A stretch of 64,000 nt of DNA from NCBI GenBank assembly GCA_964594545.1, contig CAZQNB010000002.1, positions 19,993-83,992 on the forward strand, in the 5' to 3' direction. Source of the stretch: an uncultured bacterium (GTDB lineage Bacteria; Chlamydiota; Chlamydiia; Chlamydiales; SM23-39). Each line of letters opens with the position of its first letter. Positions within the stretch are counted from its first letter, which is position 1. Shown here one piece after another: positions 45,056 through 53,887 of this stretch. The notes beneath the pieces are model-generated. The model had not been told where the DNA came from, searched no databases, and saw nothing but the letters and a program-made list of their open reading frames with translations. Position numbers and translations under genes: made by a program.

Positions 45056-45099
45056 AATTACATTTGATAGCTTCTGACGGGAGCGAAAGCTATCAGAGG

Positions 45100-46389
45100 T
45101 CAAGGAATCTGTGACGGATAGGCTGGTTTGCAATACGTCTCTTTGATCTTCCAAAGCGAAATGAGCGCGATCAGAAGATAAATAGGAAGCGTAAGGAATG
45201 CCGTTTGGTAGGCCTCTACTGAAAATATGCGCGCGCCGTGAGCTGTCATTCCTGTCCATTGGGAGTCGAGAATCTTTCCTGCTAACGGATCTGAAAAGGC
45301 GCCAAATAGGGCGTCAAATGCGTTCATAAAACCAATGGCTGTTGCCGCTAATACTGGCGCGTTGATCTCTCGAATCATCGTAAAGCAAAGCAAAAAGGTG
45401 CTAATGGAAAAACCAAAGGCGAAGAGAAGTGCGGATAGCGTGCAAAGGGAAAACCCGGGCATGTAAATAATGAAAGAAAGGAAAATCATCGAACATAACG
45501 TTCCCCAAAACATGACCCCTTTTCTTTTTTGCAGTCGGTCGGATAAATATCCAAAGGTAGGCGCGCCGATCGCAAACCCGATGAAGATTAGGGAGACTCC
45601 CTTCGCTGCGAGGGGTTCGGAAATTTGGTACGCTTCCGCAAGGAACGAAACGCCCCAAAGCCCTCCAAAGACCATCACGGGAGCAAAAGCAAATCCACTA
45701 TACACGGAGAGCCACCACGACTGGGATGATTTTAAGATTTTTTTCACGCTTTGCACTAGCGTGATTTTCGGCGCTATGATCATTCTTTCGGTTTTGTGAT
45801 CCGGCGCTTTATCGCGGACAACGAGCCAAAAAATACCCGCCAGAACAAGGCCGCCCATGCCGATGAATTTAAGGGCGGGTCTCCACGTGAATACTTCGAT
45901 GAAGTGAGCAAGGGGCGCTTGACCGCCGACTGCTCCAAACATGGCGATCGTCATCATAAGACCCGCCATGAACGCAAACTGCCGGTAGGCAAACCAGTTT
46001 GCTGTCAATTTTAAGCAGTTAACGGCTGCGAAAGCAGCTCCCGCTCCAATCAAAAACCTGCCGATTTCTGCAGTGAAGAATGATCCCGCGCTTGCAAAAA
46101 GAATATTGCCCAGCGCGCAAACGATAATTGCGATCGTGGTCATTTTTCTAGGGCCAAAACGGTCCAGCATGAACCCTGCCGGGATTTGGAGAAGAAGGTA
46201 GGCATAAAAATAAGAGGCTGCCAGATTGCCGAGCTCCACTCCATTGATGTTGAATGCGCTCATGAGAGAGCCCGTCATTACGCTCGGAGACACTTCCAAA
46301 GCGTATTTGTAAAACATGAATAGTGCGCTTAAAAGCCATATAGCCCAAGCGTGCAATGGGTAGGAAAGTTTTTTGGCGTGCTTATGCAT
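45100..46389 (-). CDS. major facilitator superfamily transporter
   Basis: 12 predicted TM segments and an MFS loop 2-3 motif GFMLDRFGPRKM. Confidence 0.85.
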   Translation of the reverse strand: MHKHAKKLSYPLHAWAIWLLSALFMFYKYALEVSPSVMTGSLMSAFNINGVELGNLAASYFYAYLLLQIPAGFMLDRFGPRKMTTIAIIVCALGNILFASAGSFFTAEIGRFLIGAGAAFAAVNCLKLTANWFAYRQFAFMAGLMMTIAMFGAVGGQAPLAHFIEVFTWRPALKFIGMGGLVLAGIFWLVVRDKAPDHKTERMIIAPKITLVQSVKKILKSSQSWWLSVYSGFAFAPVMVFGGLWGVSFLAEAYQISEPLAAKGVSLIFIGFAIGAPTFGYLSDRLQKRKGVMFWGTLCSMIFLSFIIYMPGFSLCTLSALLFAFGFSISTFLLCFTMIREINAPVLAATAIGFMNAFDALFGAFSDPLAGKILDSQWTGMTAHGARIFSVEAYQTAFLTLPIYLLIALISLWKIKETYCKPAYPSQIP

Positions 46390-46425
46390 AACTTATACGA
46401 CTTTAAACTTTATTTATGACATTTG

Positions 46426-47268
46426 TCAATGCACACTTTGTATGAGGTGGGTCAAAGATTTAAACCACAGAAGAGCTTCTTTGCTCATCACCTGGATGAT
46501 TAACCCCCAAGCGGCAGCTAAGAGCGCAAGGCCGACCCAAGATTTCAGCGGGATGCCGAGGAACACGATTTGCACTTGCGGAGCTAAACGGTTAGCAATC
46601 CCTAAAAACATATCCATCAATAAAATTCCAATCAGCGAGGGCGCTGCAAGCTGGATGCAGAGGTTGAACATTTTTTGCAGCGTCTTCACCATCGTCACCC
46701 AAAACGGGTTCTTTAGATGGAAAAGGTCCGGGCTGATGAGACCGTCGACGGGGATCATTTCGTAGGATGTCGCAACGCCATTGAAAAAATAAATCGGCCC
46801 TCCAAGGGAAAAAAAGAGGGCGATCAGGACTAAGTTAAAGAGAATCCCAATCGAGCCTGTTTGCGATTTTGTGGTCGGATCTGTCACCTGAAGAGAGGAG
46901 GCTCCTCGCTGAAAATCGATTAAGCTTCCCGACATTTGCGCTATGTAGAAGGGAACAGACGCGAGAAATCCAATCACCGCCCCGATGATGAGCTCTTTGA
47001 TGAGAAGCCCCACAAAAGGCATGGCAAAAGGGATGCTTCCGTGGACATGCATGAGATTTTGAGGAAGGAAAATGGCTGTGAGTGAAACGCCAAACATGAC
47101 GCGGATGGTCATGGGAACGTTTTGCGAGCCTAAAAATGGGGCGAGCGCAAGGATGGGGAGCAGTCTTGCCATTGTGAGAAAAAAAACGGAAAGAACGGTG
47201 TAGGGATCAAGATGGGGAAGGTCTAGAAGGAGCGAAAGATACCCGTCTAATGCAGCAGCTGAGTTCAT
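46426..47268 (-). CDS. sctT: type III secretion export apparatus protein SctT (YscT/FliR family)
   Basis: Polytopic 280-aa protein directly downstream of sctS with a 4-nt overlap. Confidence 0.88.
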   Translation of the reverse strand: MNSAAALDGYLSLLLDLPHLDPYTVLSVFFLTMARLLPILALAPFLGSQNVPMTIRVMFGVSLTAIFLPQNLMHVHGSIPFAMPFVGLLIKELIIGAVIGFLASVPFYIAQMSGSLIDFQRGASSLQVTDPTTKSQTGSIGILFNLVLIALFFSLGGPIYFFNGVATSYEMIPVDGLISPDLFHLKNPFWVTMVKTLQKMFNLCIQLAAPSLIGILLMDMFLGIANRLAPQVQIVFLGIPLKSWVGLALLAAAWGLIIQVMSKEALLWFKSLTHLIQSVH

Positions 47269-47537
47269 ACAGCGCTATATTTTTGGATCGCGGCAAATAT
47301 TGTATTTGTATACTGGAGCACTTGCGCGCCTAACCATCCGCTCATAAAAATAATTGTAAACACGACCGCAAATAACTTGACTGTGAAGGAAAGTGTTTGC
47401 TCTTGAATTTGAGTGGCCGCTTGAAAAATCGCAACCAAAAGCCCCAAAATCATACTCACAATGATCGGAGGTCCTGATAAAATCAGGATCAGGATCAGCG
47501 CTTGGTAGGTCAGTTCATAGATTTCATTTGCAAACAT
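47265..47537 (-). CDS. sctS: type III secretion export apparatus protein SctS (YscS/FliQ family)
   Basis: MFANEIYELTYQALILILILSGPPI...AATQIQEQTLSF aligns with YscS from its own N-terminus. The 14 upstream codons in the ORF track are repeat-encoded. Confidence 0.9.
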   Translation of the reverse strand: MFANEIYELTYQALILILILSGPPIIVSMILGLLVAIFQAATQIQEQTLSFTVKLFAVVFTIIFMSGWLGAQVLQYTNTIFAAIQKYSAV

Positions 47538-47703
47538 ATACCGACGATACCTCAATAATTGGTTTTTAGGCGAGTTCAAAGCGCCTATTTTCCAGTTTCG
47601 GAAGAGGGTTCATATTGAAACAAATATGGACCCTCTTCCGAAGCTGAAAAATAGGCAGCTTTCAATCTCGCCTAAAAGCCAATTCTTGAGGTATCTTCGG
47701 TAT
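47537..47703. repeat. A-type nested palindromic element, full copy, filling the sctR-sctS intergenic gap
   Basis: tataccgacgatacctcaataattgg-tttttaggcgag-ttcaaagcgcc-...-ggcagctttcaa-tctcgcctaaaa-gccaattcttgaggtatcttcggtat. Confidence 0.9.
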
Positions 47704-47711
47704 CAACCTTT

Positions 47712-48467
47712 TTATTTAAACGAGATGGCAAGTCCCTGGATTAATACAGTCCACCCATCAACGAGAACCAGCAGGAGTAGTTTGATCGGAAGGGCAATGG
47801 TGAGCGGAGAGAGCATCATCATCCCCATCGCAAGGAGAATGTTGGAAACGACAAGGTCGATCACGAAAAAGGGGAGATAAATGAGGACGCCAATTTCAAA
47901 AGCGGTTTTCAGCTGGCTTGTGATGAATGACGGAATCAAAATAATAAAATCATTTGCTTTGAGCTGCGACTTATACGGCTCCGGGAAAAGGCGGTAGGCG
48001 AGCTTATAGAAACTGGCCATGTTTTTTGTCGTACAGTTGCGCTCTAAAAATCCTTTGAGAGGCTCTTTTGCTTTGTCTACCACGTTAACGATGAACGTTG
48101 CGGCCTCTGACGAAATCACCGTTTGGGGCGCTTGCGTTCGAATCGTCTCTTCAGACGCTTTATACATCGCAAGTCCCGTTGGGAACATCACATAAATGGT
48201 GATGAGAAGCGCAATCCCGTTTAACACTTGGTTTGGTGGCGTTTGTTGGACGCCAAGCGCTTGTCTAAGCAAAGAGAGGACAACCACGATCTTCATGAAA
48301 GAGGTGAGGAGCATGATCGCGAAGGGCAAAAGGGAAAGCCCTGCGAGGACGGCAAGTTTTGTCACCATGCTCGGATTTAAACTGCCGTCTGTGGCTCCCG
48401 CAATCGCTGTTTGCGCCATCAAATGGCTTGTAGAAAAAAGGAGGAAAAAGAGGATGATGTATTTCAT
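47712..48467 (-). CDS. sctR: type III secretion export apparatus protein SctR (YscR/FliP family)
   Basis: FMKIVVVLSLLRQALGVQQTPPNQVLNGIALLITIYVM block typical of the FliP/YscR family. Confidence 0.92.
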   Translation of the reverse strand: MKYIILFFLLFSTSHLMAQTAIAGATDGSLNPSMVTKLAVLAGLSLLPFAIMLLTSFMKIVVVLSLLRQALGVQQTPPNQVLNGIALLITIYVMFPTGLAMYKASEETIRTQAPQTVISSEAATFIVNVVDKAKEPLKGFLERNCTTKNMASFYKLAYRLFPEPYKSQLKANDFIILIPSFITSQLKTAFEIGVLIYLPFFVIDLVVSNILLAMGMMMLSPLTIALPIKLLLLVLVDGWTVLIQGLAISFK

Positions 48468-49096
48468 TTTGAACTGCTTCTAAAGGATTCAAACGCTGAT
48501 TCTAGCGCGCGCCATTGGTTTTCAAGTTGAGCATTGATGATGCCGGCTTCCGTTTCAATCATACATCCTCCGGGTTCGATATCGTCGCGCTCTTGGATGG
48601 AGAGATTTTCCAGATGCTCAAAAATATGTTTGATTTTTGGCCGGTTTGTTTCGATGGCTTCCAGATCCACTCGATTGACATAGATGACAACTTTTTTGTG
48701 TTGCGTCACAGGCTTTAGCGATGTGAGCACAATGTCTACGATCCGATCCGGATGCATTTTGAGCTCTTCGCCGATCAGTTTACGGGCGGCTGTGAGCGCA
48801 AGCGGAAGGATTTTTTGTTGGATGTCTGATCGTAATTTGGAAAGTTCGTGGTCGAGCTCTAAAAGGTGTTTATTGAGAGAAACAAGCCCCTCTTGAAACC
48901 CTTCTTCGAACGCCTGCTCTTTTATTTTTTCTGCTTCCTTCGCATTTTCCTGTTTAAAGTTTTCAGCTTCCTCTTGCACTGTTTCGAGAAGTGTTTTTGC
49001 ATCCAGGAGAGTTGAAAATTCAGCTGCGGGAACAATTTTTTTTCCGGGAGCCATATGAACTTCTTTAGAAGTGAGAAGAGAGAAAAATTTCGCCAT
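48464..49096 (-). CDS. sctL: type III secretion stator protein SctL (YscL/FliH family)
   Basis: Glu/Lys-rich coiled-coil N-terminal half and a FliH-like C-terminal half. ATGA overlap with sctR. Same position as CdsL in Chlamydia. Confidence 0.8.
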   Translation of the reverse strand: MAKFFSLLTSKEVHMAPGKKIVPAAEFSTLLDAKTLLETVQEEAENFKQENAKEAEKIKEQAFEEGFQEGLVSLNKHLLELDHELSKLRSDIQQKILPLALTAARKLIGEELKMHPDRIVDIVLTSLKPVTQHKKVVIYVNRVDLEAIETNRPKIKHIFEHLENLSIQERDDIEPGGCMIETEAGIINAQLENQWRALESAFESFRSSSK

Positions 49097-49106
49097 CTAA
49101 ATATCC

Positions 49107-49934
49107 TTACAAAAGTTCTTTCAGTTGCTCGGCAAGCCAAAGAGCAACGCCCGGAATCGCCTCATTCTTGCAGAGCTTTTCTAACGCTTTGCCTCTTCCG
49201 CTATCAAGCGCATGGCATACATACCAAATCAGATCGGGATCTTGTCCTGATAGCGCATTGCCAAGTCTTGCAAGTCCAATTTTATGAAGCGTAAGCCGCA
49301 GGCTCTCTTTTGTTCCATCCCATTTGTCAAGACGGATTTGCGCTGCCGGATACGGTTCTTTATGGCCTGCGATAGATTTTAAGAACTCTCTTTCGTCATC
49401 TGTTAGGAAACTGTAGATTTTCTTTAGGATTTTTGTCTCTACAATTTGACGAATTTCTGAGGAAAGATCGTAGAGCGAGAGAAGATCGATCAGTTGGGTG
49501 AGCTTTTTTTTTTCTACTTGGAGCAATAGATTCAGCGGAGAGGGAGGGAGGTGATCTATCGGGAGAAGCTCTTCTTTTTGAATGCTGAAATAGAGAGTTT
49601 TTCGTAAAAAATCTGCCGCCACCGGCTTTATTTTTTCCGTTGTGGGGGAGGATCCAAGCGCTTTGCTTAACGCTTTTTGAGAGTTTGCATTAAAAACGCG
49701 TAAAAAGAGTTTTTGCTCTCTTTCAGGGTAGCTTTCTAAAATAGGAAGAAACCAAGACCAGTGAATGGAGTCTAAAAAGTGATAAGACGCCCCCTCTTCT
49801 TGTAGAGGAATATCAGGGAGGGTAGAGAGGGATTCTCTTTCAGATGCGGATAGATGTGAGACAAGGGAGTCTCTTTTTTCGGGAGAAGAGAGGGCGAGAA
49901 ATGCTTTGAGGATGATGCCTCGTCGATTTCTCAT
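49107..49934 (-). CDS. T3SS-cluster protein in the sctK position (positional equivalent of C. trachomatis CT560)
   Basis: Lies between sctJ and sctL, 10 nt from sctL. The call rests on position only; I see no family motif. Confidence 0.55.
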   Translation of the reverse strand: MRNRRGIILKAFLALSSPEKRDSLVSHLSASERESLSTLPDIPLQEEGASYHFLDSIHWSWFLPILESYPEREQKLFLRVFNANSQKALSKALGSSPTTEKIKPVAADFLRKTLYFSIQKEELLPIDHLPPSPLNLLLQVEKKKLTQLIDLLSLYDLSSEIRQIVETKILKKIYSFLTDDEREFLKSIAGHKEPYPAAQIRLDKWDGTKESLRLTLHKIGLARLGNALSGQDPDLIWYVCHALDSGRGKALEKLCKNEAIPGVALWLAEQLKELL

Positions 49935-49943
49935 AAAAATTCC

Positions 49944-50831
49944 TTATGTTGCCGGAGGTTCTTCAGGTTCTGAAGAGGCCTCGTTTTTCTTGAGCAGTTC
50001 TTTCCGGATTTGGGGATAAAATTTGTAGATCGTCCATCCGATGGCAGCGCAAAGGAACGCAATAAATAAAATGAACAGGAAGAAAATCACGCGGAATCGA
50101 GTGAGAGAGCTCTTTGTCAGGATAAGACCCCAGATGCTGACGTGGGTCTCTTGCATCATGCGACCCCCGATGGGCTCTCCCTCGGCCGTTAACGTAATAT
50201 CGGTAAAGCGAGATCTGTCGGAAACAACAATCACATTGTCGTAAGTAAGTCCGTTGACGCTGCCGGCCATGAGTCGTTTGATTTTTGTTTCTAGGTGGCT
50301 ATTTGGATCGTCTAGGATTCCTTGGTGTTTTACGTAGACCGACGCGGTAGTTTTAGGTTGAACGGCTCCCGGAGTTGCGATTGTCTCGGAAGAGGGAAAA
50401 GAGAGTTGTATATCGGCATCGATGACACCGTCGATTTTTCGGATTGTGTTTTTAAGCTCTTCTGCAAGGCCTGCTTGATAGCGGATCGTCTCTTCTCTTT
50501 CTGACGACATCAGACCTGATTTCGCAAAGAGTTCGAGTAAATTGGTCCCCATGCGTCTGGGAAGTCCTACTTTATTCAAGATAGACATGGCGTCGACAGA
50601 GCGATTGGATTCGACCATGATGTTGTATTGGGTGGAAGCTGACGCGGCAGCAAGCTCGCTTACGGCTACTTGAACCTTTTGCGCTGCAATTCCTTTGGAG
50701 GCGAGGTAAACGACGATTTCATTGGCCTCTTTTTCGTCGATATTCGTGACAATCGACTGGTTGCTTTCGCAACTGGTCAAAATCAGCAGTGTTAACAGAG
50801 GAAGGAGGAAGGAAAAGCAGCGTTTCATCAT
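49944..50831 (-). CDS. sctJ: type III secretion inner-membrane ring lipoprotein SctJ (YscJ/PrgK family)
   Basis: Lipobox LILTSCES, EANEIVVYLASKGI start of the YscJ/FliF-like domain and a C-terminal TM segment. Confidence 0.88.
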   Translation of the reverse strand: MMKRCFSFLLPLLTLLILTSCESNQSIVTNIDEKEANEIVVYLASKGIAAQKVQVAVSELAAASASTQYNIMVESNRSVDAMSILNKVGLPRRMGTNLLELFAKSGLMSSEREETIRYQAGLAEELKNTIRKIDGVIDADIQLSFPSSETIATPGAVQPKTTASVYVKHQGILDDPNSHLETKIKRLMAGSVNGLTYDNVIVVSDRSRFTDITLTAEGEPIGGRMMQETHVSIWGLILTKSSLTRFRVIFFLFILFIAFLCAAIGWTIYKFYPQIRKELLKKNEASSEPEEPPAT

Positions 50832-50930
50832 AAAATATATCCCTGCCTTTTTTATAACATGAGATGGTTACTCATTGCAAATAGATAGTTAGAGCGGGGT
50901 GTAATTAAAACTGTTAGTCGCGTAGAAAAA

Positions 50931-51040
50931 ATGAATGAACAGGATCCGCTTCGCTTGCAGGATCGCTCACTTCGTTCGCGGCAGGAAAAAAGAAAGAATC
51001 CATCCTGCCGCCATGCTTCATGGCGATCCTGTTCATTTTT
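50931..51040. repeat. C-type palindromic element, copy with truncated right arm and expanded loop
   Basis: atgaatgaacaggatccgcttcgcttgcaggatcgc-tcacttcgttcgcggcagg...cctgccgccatgcttcatg-gcgatcctgttcatt. It lacks the ccagcgaagcggatcctg segment present at 28040-28067. Confidence 0.85.
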
Positions 51041-51043
51041 AAT

Positions 51044-51118
51044 TATACCGTTCGTAATTGAACAATCGGCAGCTTTGAATCCCGTCCAAACGCCGATTCT
51101 TCAATCACGAGCGGTATA
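51044..51118. repeat. A-type palindromic element, short form (75 bp)
   Basis: tataccgttcgtaattgaacaatcg-gcagctttgaa-tcccgtccaaacgccgattcttcaatcacgagcggtata. Confidence 0.88.
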
Positions 51119-51124
51119 TACCTG

Positions 51125-51652
51125 TTAGATCATATTCCATTTGTCGAACATGCGGACGACAGAACGGCTTTGGGTGGGAAGATTTTTGCTTGATTTGTCT
51201 ATCCAAAGAAGCGCTTTGGATTCGTGGTTCTTTTTTATTTTTTCATCGCTGGTAACTTGAAGAAGAAAGCGGATGTCATAGTGGAAATGGGATTTTATAT
51301 TTTTGATCGCAGGAATTGTATGGATATCGAGATCAAAAATCTGTTCGGAGACCGGCTTGATGTTCTCGATGCCCGATTCTTCTTGCGCTTCTTTGATGGC
51401 GACAGAGAGCGTATCGGGATTTCCATCGCAGTGGCCTCCGGGTTGAACCCACATATCGAGCTTTGCGTGATGCATTAAAAGCGCTTTTGTCCCATCAAAA
51501 TTGAGAAGCCAGGCGGAAGCTGTGATATGCCCAATTTCCAAAGATCTCTCAAAACAATTCGGGTAGTCTTTAACGAACTTGCAGATTCGCTCCTTATATT
51601 CAGCTTCTTCATCTGTTGGATGGTAGGCTTCTAATAAGTCGAGAAGGTTCAT
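51125..51652 (-). CDS. NUDIX hydrolase
   Basis: Nudix box-like GGHCDGNPDTLSVAIKEAQEESGIE. Confidence 0.8.
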   Translation of the reverse strand: MNLLDLLEAYHPTDEEAEYKERICKFVKDYPNCFERSLEIGHITASAWLLNFDGTKALLMHHAKLDMWVQPGGHCDGNPDTLSVAIKEAQEESGIENIKPVSEQIFDLDIHTIPAIKNIKSHFHYDIRFLLQVTSDEKIKKNHESKALLWIDKSSKNLPTQSRSVVRMFDKWNMI

Positions 51653-53241
51653 TTCTTTTTTGCGACTTGAGTTGTTTTAAGGTACTCATCAAGAGGACCT
51701 TGGAAGAAGCGTATTCCGTTTTCTTCAAATGCGATGATTTTTGTAGCAAACCCGTTGATCAGTTCTCGGTCGTGTGTTGCGACAATGGTTGTCCCTTTAA
51801 AGTTTTCAAGGCCCCACGCAAGAGCGGAGACCGCTTCGAGATCTAGATGGTTATTGGGCTCATCCATGATGAGGACGTTTGGGCCTGTGAGTAAAAGAGA
51901 GCCGATGATGAGTCTGGCTGCTTCTCCACCGGACAGATTCTTGAGCGGTTTAAATGCGTCATCGCCGGCAAAAAGCATGCGGCCTAAAATTCCCCGCACA
52001 TCTTGGTCATAAGCTCCGCTTTTGTGGTTTTTTAGCCAATCAAACGCGTTGATGTCGGAGTGTTTATTGAGAACTTCTCCGTGATTTTGCGGGAAATAGC
52101 CCACTTCAAGACCGTGGCCTCGGGTGATGGATCCGGAGTCGGGGGAGAGGACTGCAGCTAAAAGTTTGCACAGTGTTGTTTTCCCTTTTCCGTTATTCCC
52201 AATGATGGCGATTTTGTCTCCTCGATGGATTTCCGCGGTGAAATTTCGGAAGACAGGGTTATCCCCATAGCTTTTGGAAAGAGCGTCGATTTTAAAGACA
52301 ACTTGGCCCGATTGTTTTTCGGCAGGAAAACGGATATAGGGCCTTTGGATATTTGATTTTTTAAGTTCCATGGGTTGGAGACGATCGATCTCTCGTACGC
52401 GCGATTGTACTTGGCTGGCTCTTGTTCCGGCGCCAAATTTAGCGACAAATTCTTTCAGTTGAGAGATTTTTTTGTCTTTGGCTTTATTTTCGTCTTCAGC
52501 GCGCGCGCGAACGGCTGTTTTTGTGACGAGCATGGCGTCGTAGTTGCCGGGATAGGTGATGATTGTTTCATAGTCGAGATCCGCGATATCTGTACAAACA
52601 GAATTGAGGAAGTGGCGGTCATGGCTCACCACGACGAGCGTTCCCTTGTAGTGGAGGAGAAATTCTTCCAGCCAGGAGATCGATTCGAGATCCAAGTGGT
52701 TTGTCGGTTCGTCGAGAAGAAGAGCGTCGGGATTTCCAAAGAGGGCCTGGCAAAGCAAGGCTCTAAATTGCCGATCCGTTGGGATTTCATGCATTTTCTT
52801 GCGATGCAATGTCTCAGGGATCCCCATTCCGATAAGAAGCACTTCGGCCTCAGATTCTGCTGCATATCCGTCTTCTTCTGCGATGATCTCTTCGAGTTCG
52901 CCAAGGCGAATGCCGACATCATCGGTCATTTCAACGTCATAGAGCCTATCTCTTTCCTGCATTGCATTCCAAAGGCGGGTATTTCCCATGATGACGGTAT
53001 CGATGATCAGCATGTCTTTAAAGTCTTCGATCCTCTGCTTTAAAAAGCCCACCTTTTGAGGGAGAGATACAGTGCCTGTGGTTTGCGGTTCGACCCCCAT
53101 GACGATTTTGAGGAGTGTGGATTTGCCGGAACCGTTGGGGCCTGTAAGGCCATAACGACATCCATCGTTGAATGTAAACGTCACGTTTTCAAAAAGAGTG
53201 CGGCCGCCGATCCGCTTGGAGATGTTTTCTAGGGTGATCAT
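51649..53241 (-). CDS. ABC-F family ATPase (two ABC domains, no TM domain)
   Basis: Walker A GPNGSGKST and GNNGKGKTT, signatures LSGG in both halves and a charged inter-domain linker. MITLENISK at 53241 is the likely start. Confidence 0.9.
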   Translation of the reverse strand: MITLENISKRIGGRTLFENVTFTFNDGCRYGLTGPNGSGKSTLLKIVMGVEPQTTGTVSLPQKVGFLKQRIEDFKDMLIIDTVIMGNTRLWNAMQERDRLYDVEMTDDVGIRLGELEEIIAEEDGYAAESEAEVLLIGMGIPETLHRKKMHEIPTDRQFRALLCQALFGNPDALLLDEPTNHLDLESISWLEEFLLHYKGTLVVVSHDRHFLNSVCTDIADLDYETIITYPGNYDAMLVTKTAVRARAEDENKAKDKKISQLKEFVAKFGAGTRASQVQSRVREIDRLQPMELKKSNIQRPYIRFPAEKQSGQVVFKIDALSKSYGDNPVFRNFTAEIHRGDKIAIIGNNGKGKTTLCKLLAAVLSPDSGSITRGHGLEVGYFPQNHGEVLNKHSDINAFDWLKNHKSGAYDQDVRGILGRMLFAGDDAFKPLKNLSGGEAARLIIGSLLLTGPNVLIMDEPNNHLDLEAVSALAWGLENFKGTTIVATHDRELINGFATKIIAFEENGIRFFQGPLDEYLKTTQVAKKK

Positions 53242-53295
53242 AATGCGGGCATTGTAGCAGAAAAATTTAGAGGATTCAACACCGTTTTTTGGAAG

Positions 53296-53455
53296 CTCGA
53301 CTTTGTACATTTTTCGGTAGCGAGTTTTGCAAGATTTTGATCTACAATCGGTTACAGCTCCCTTCAGTCGGCTTGAACACGCCATTGAAGGGAGCTGTAA
53401 CCGATTGTAGATCAAAAGATTGTGAAAATCGCTCCGAAAAATGTACAAAGTCGAG
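53296..53455. mobile_element. D-type 160-bp palindromic element flanked by a 5-bp direct repeat GGAAG (MITE-like)
   Basis: ctcgactttgtacatttttcgg...ccgaaaaatgtacaaagtcgag. GGAAG is found at 53291-53295 and 53456-53460 and is not part of the palindrome. Confidence 0.8.
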
Positions 53456-53491
53456 GGAAGGGGAGAAAAATAGTAACCGCTCACAAAGCCT

Positions 53492-53535
53492 GAGGTAGGC
53501 GCCCCGAAACGGGGCCCCGCCCACCTCATTTTTAT
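53492..53535 (+). terminator. GC-rich imperfect hairpin plus T-run (intrinsic-terminator-like) with no upstream plus-strand gene
   Basis: gaggtaggcgccccg-aaa-cggggccccgcccacctc followed by atttttat. Confidence 0.4.
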
Positions 53536-53580
53536 GGGCACGTGTGAAAAATAAAATTTTTACAAATCGTAAATAATATT

Positions 53581-53610
53581 TTGACAGAAAAATAGCCAAA
53601 TCTGTAGATT
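53581..53610 (+). promoter_or_regulatory. sigma-70-type promoter candidate (TTGACA - 18 nt - TAGATT)
   Basis: ttgaca at 53581-53586 and tagatt at 53605-53610, upstream of the small ORF at 53644. Confidence 0.5.
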
Positions 53611-53643
53611 CTCGGACTCTTTAAAAAACCACAGGAGGTATTT

Positions 53644-53877
53644 ATGAAAATAGGTAATGTAGGACTTAATACAGGTACATGGAATGCAGTGGCTCCGGTC
53701 GTAGCAGGGGGAGCTGCAGCAAAAACTGGATTTACGTATGCTCTCGCTAACTGGCGTAGCGCAGACGGTAAAGAGAGAAACGTTAGGTTGCTGAACGCAG
53801 TTGGCGGGGCAGTCCTGAGCGCAGCTGGCGTCACTGTGGCTTGTGGTGCATTAAGAAATTTGGCATCCGGTAAGTAG
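53644..53877 (+). CDS. small Gly/Ala-rich hydrophobic protein (77 aa)
   Basis: GGAGG SD 7 nt before the ATG, a consensus-like promoter upstream and a perfect hairpin terminator downstream. Two hydrophobic Gly/Ala segments. Confidence 0.6.
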   Translation: MKIGNVGLNTGTWNAVAPVVAGGAAAKTGFTYALANWRSADGKERNVRLLNAVGGAVLSAAGVTVACGALRNLASGK

Positions 53878-53887
53878 TTTGAGTTTT

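Noticed and set aside
47538-47579. Similar MNSPK...LRY N-terminal peptides on the ORFs at 47265-47579 and 7464-8354.
   Set aside because: The shared peptide is just the translated arm of the palindromic repeat. Family alignments (YscS, the glycosyltransferase) start at the internal Met.
53242-53541. 100-codon N-terminal extension of the ABC-F ORF.
   Set aside because: It reads through the D-type palindrome and the terminator-like hairpin. The ABC-F homology starts at MITLENISK (53241).
53532-53834. 100-aa minus-strand ORF antisense to the small Gly/Ala-rich gene.
   Set aside because: The plus-strand ORF has the promoter, SD and terminator in the right places. The minus ORF has none of these and is Ala/Pro-rich mirror sequence.
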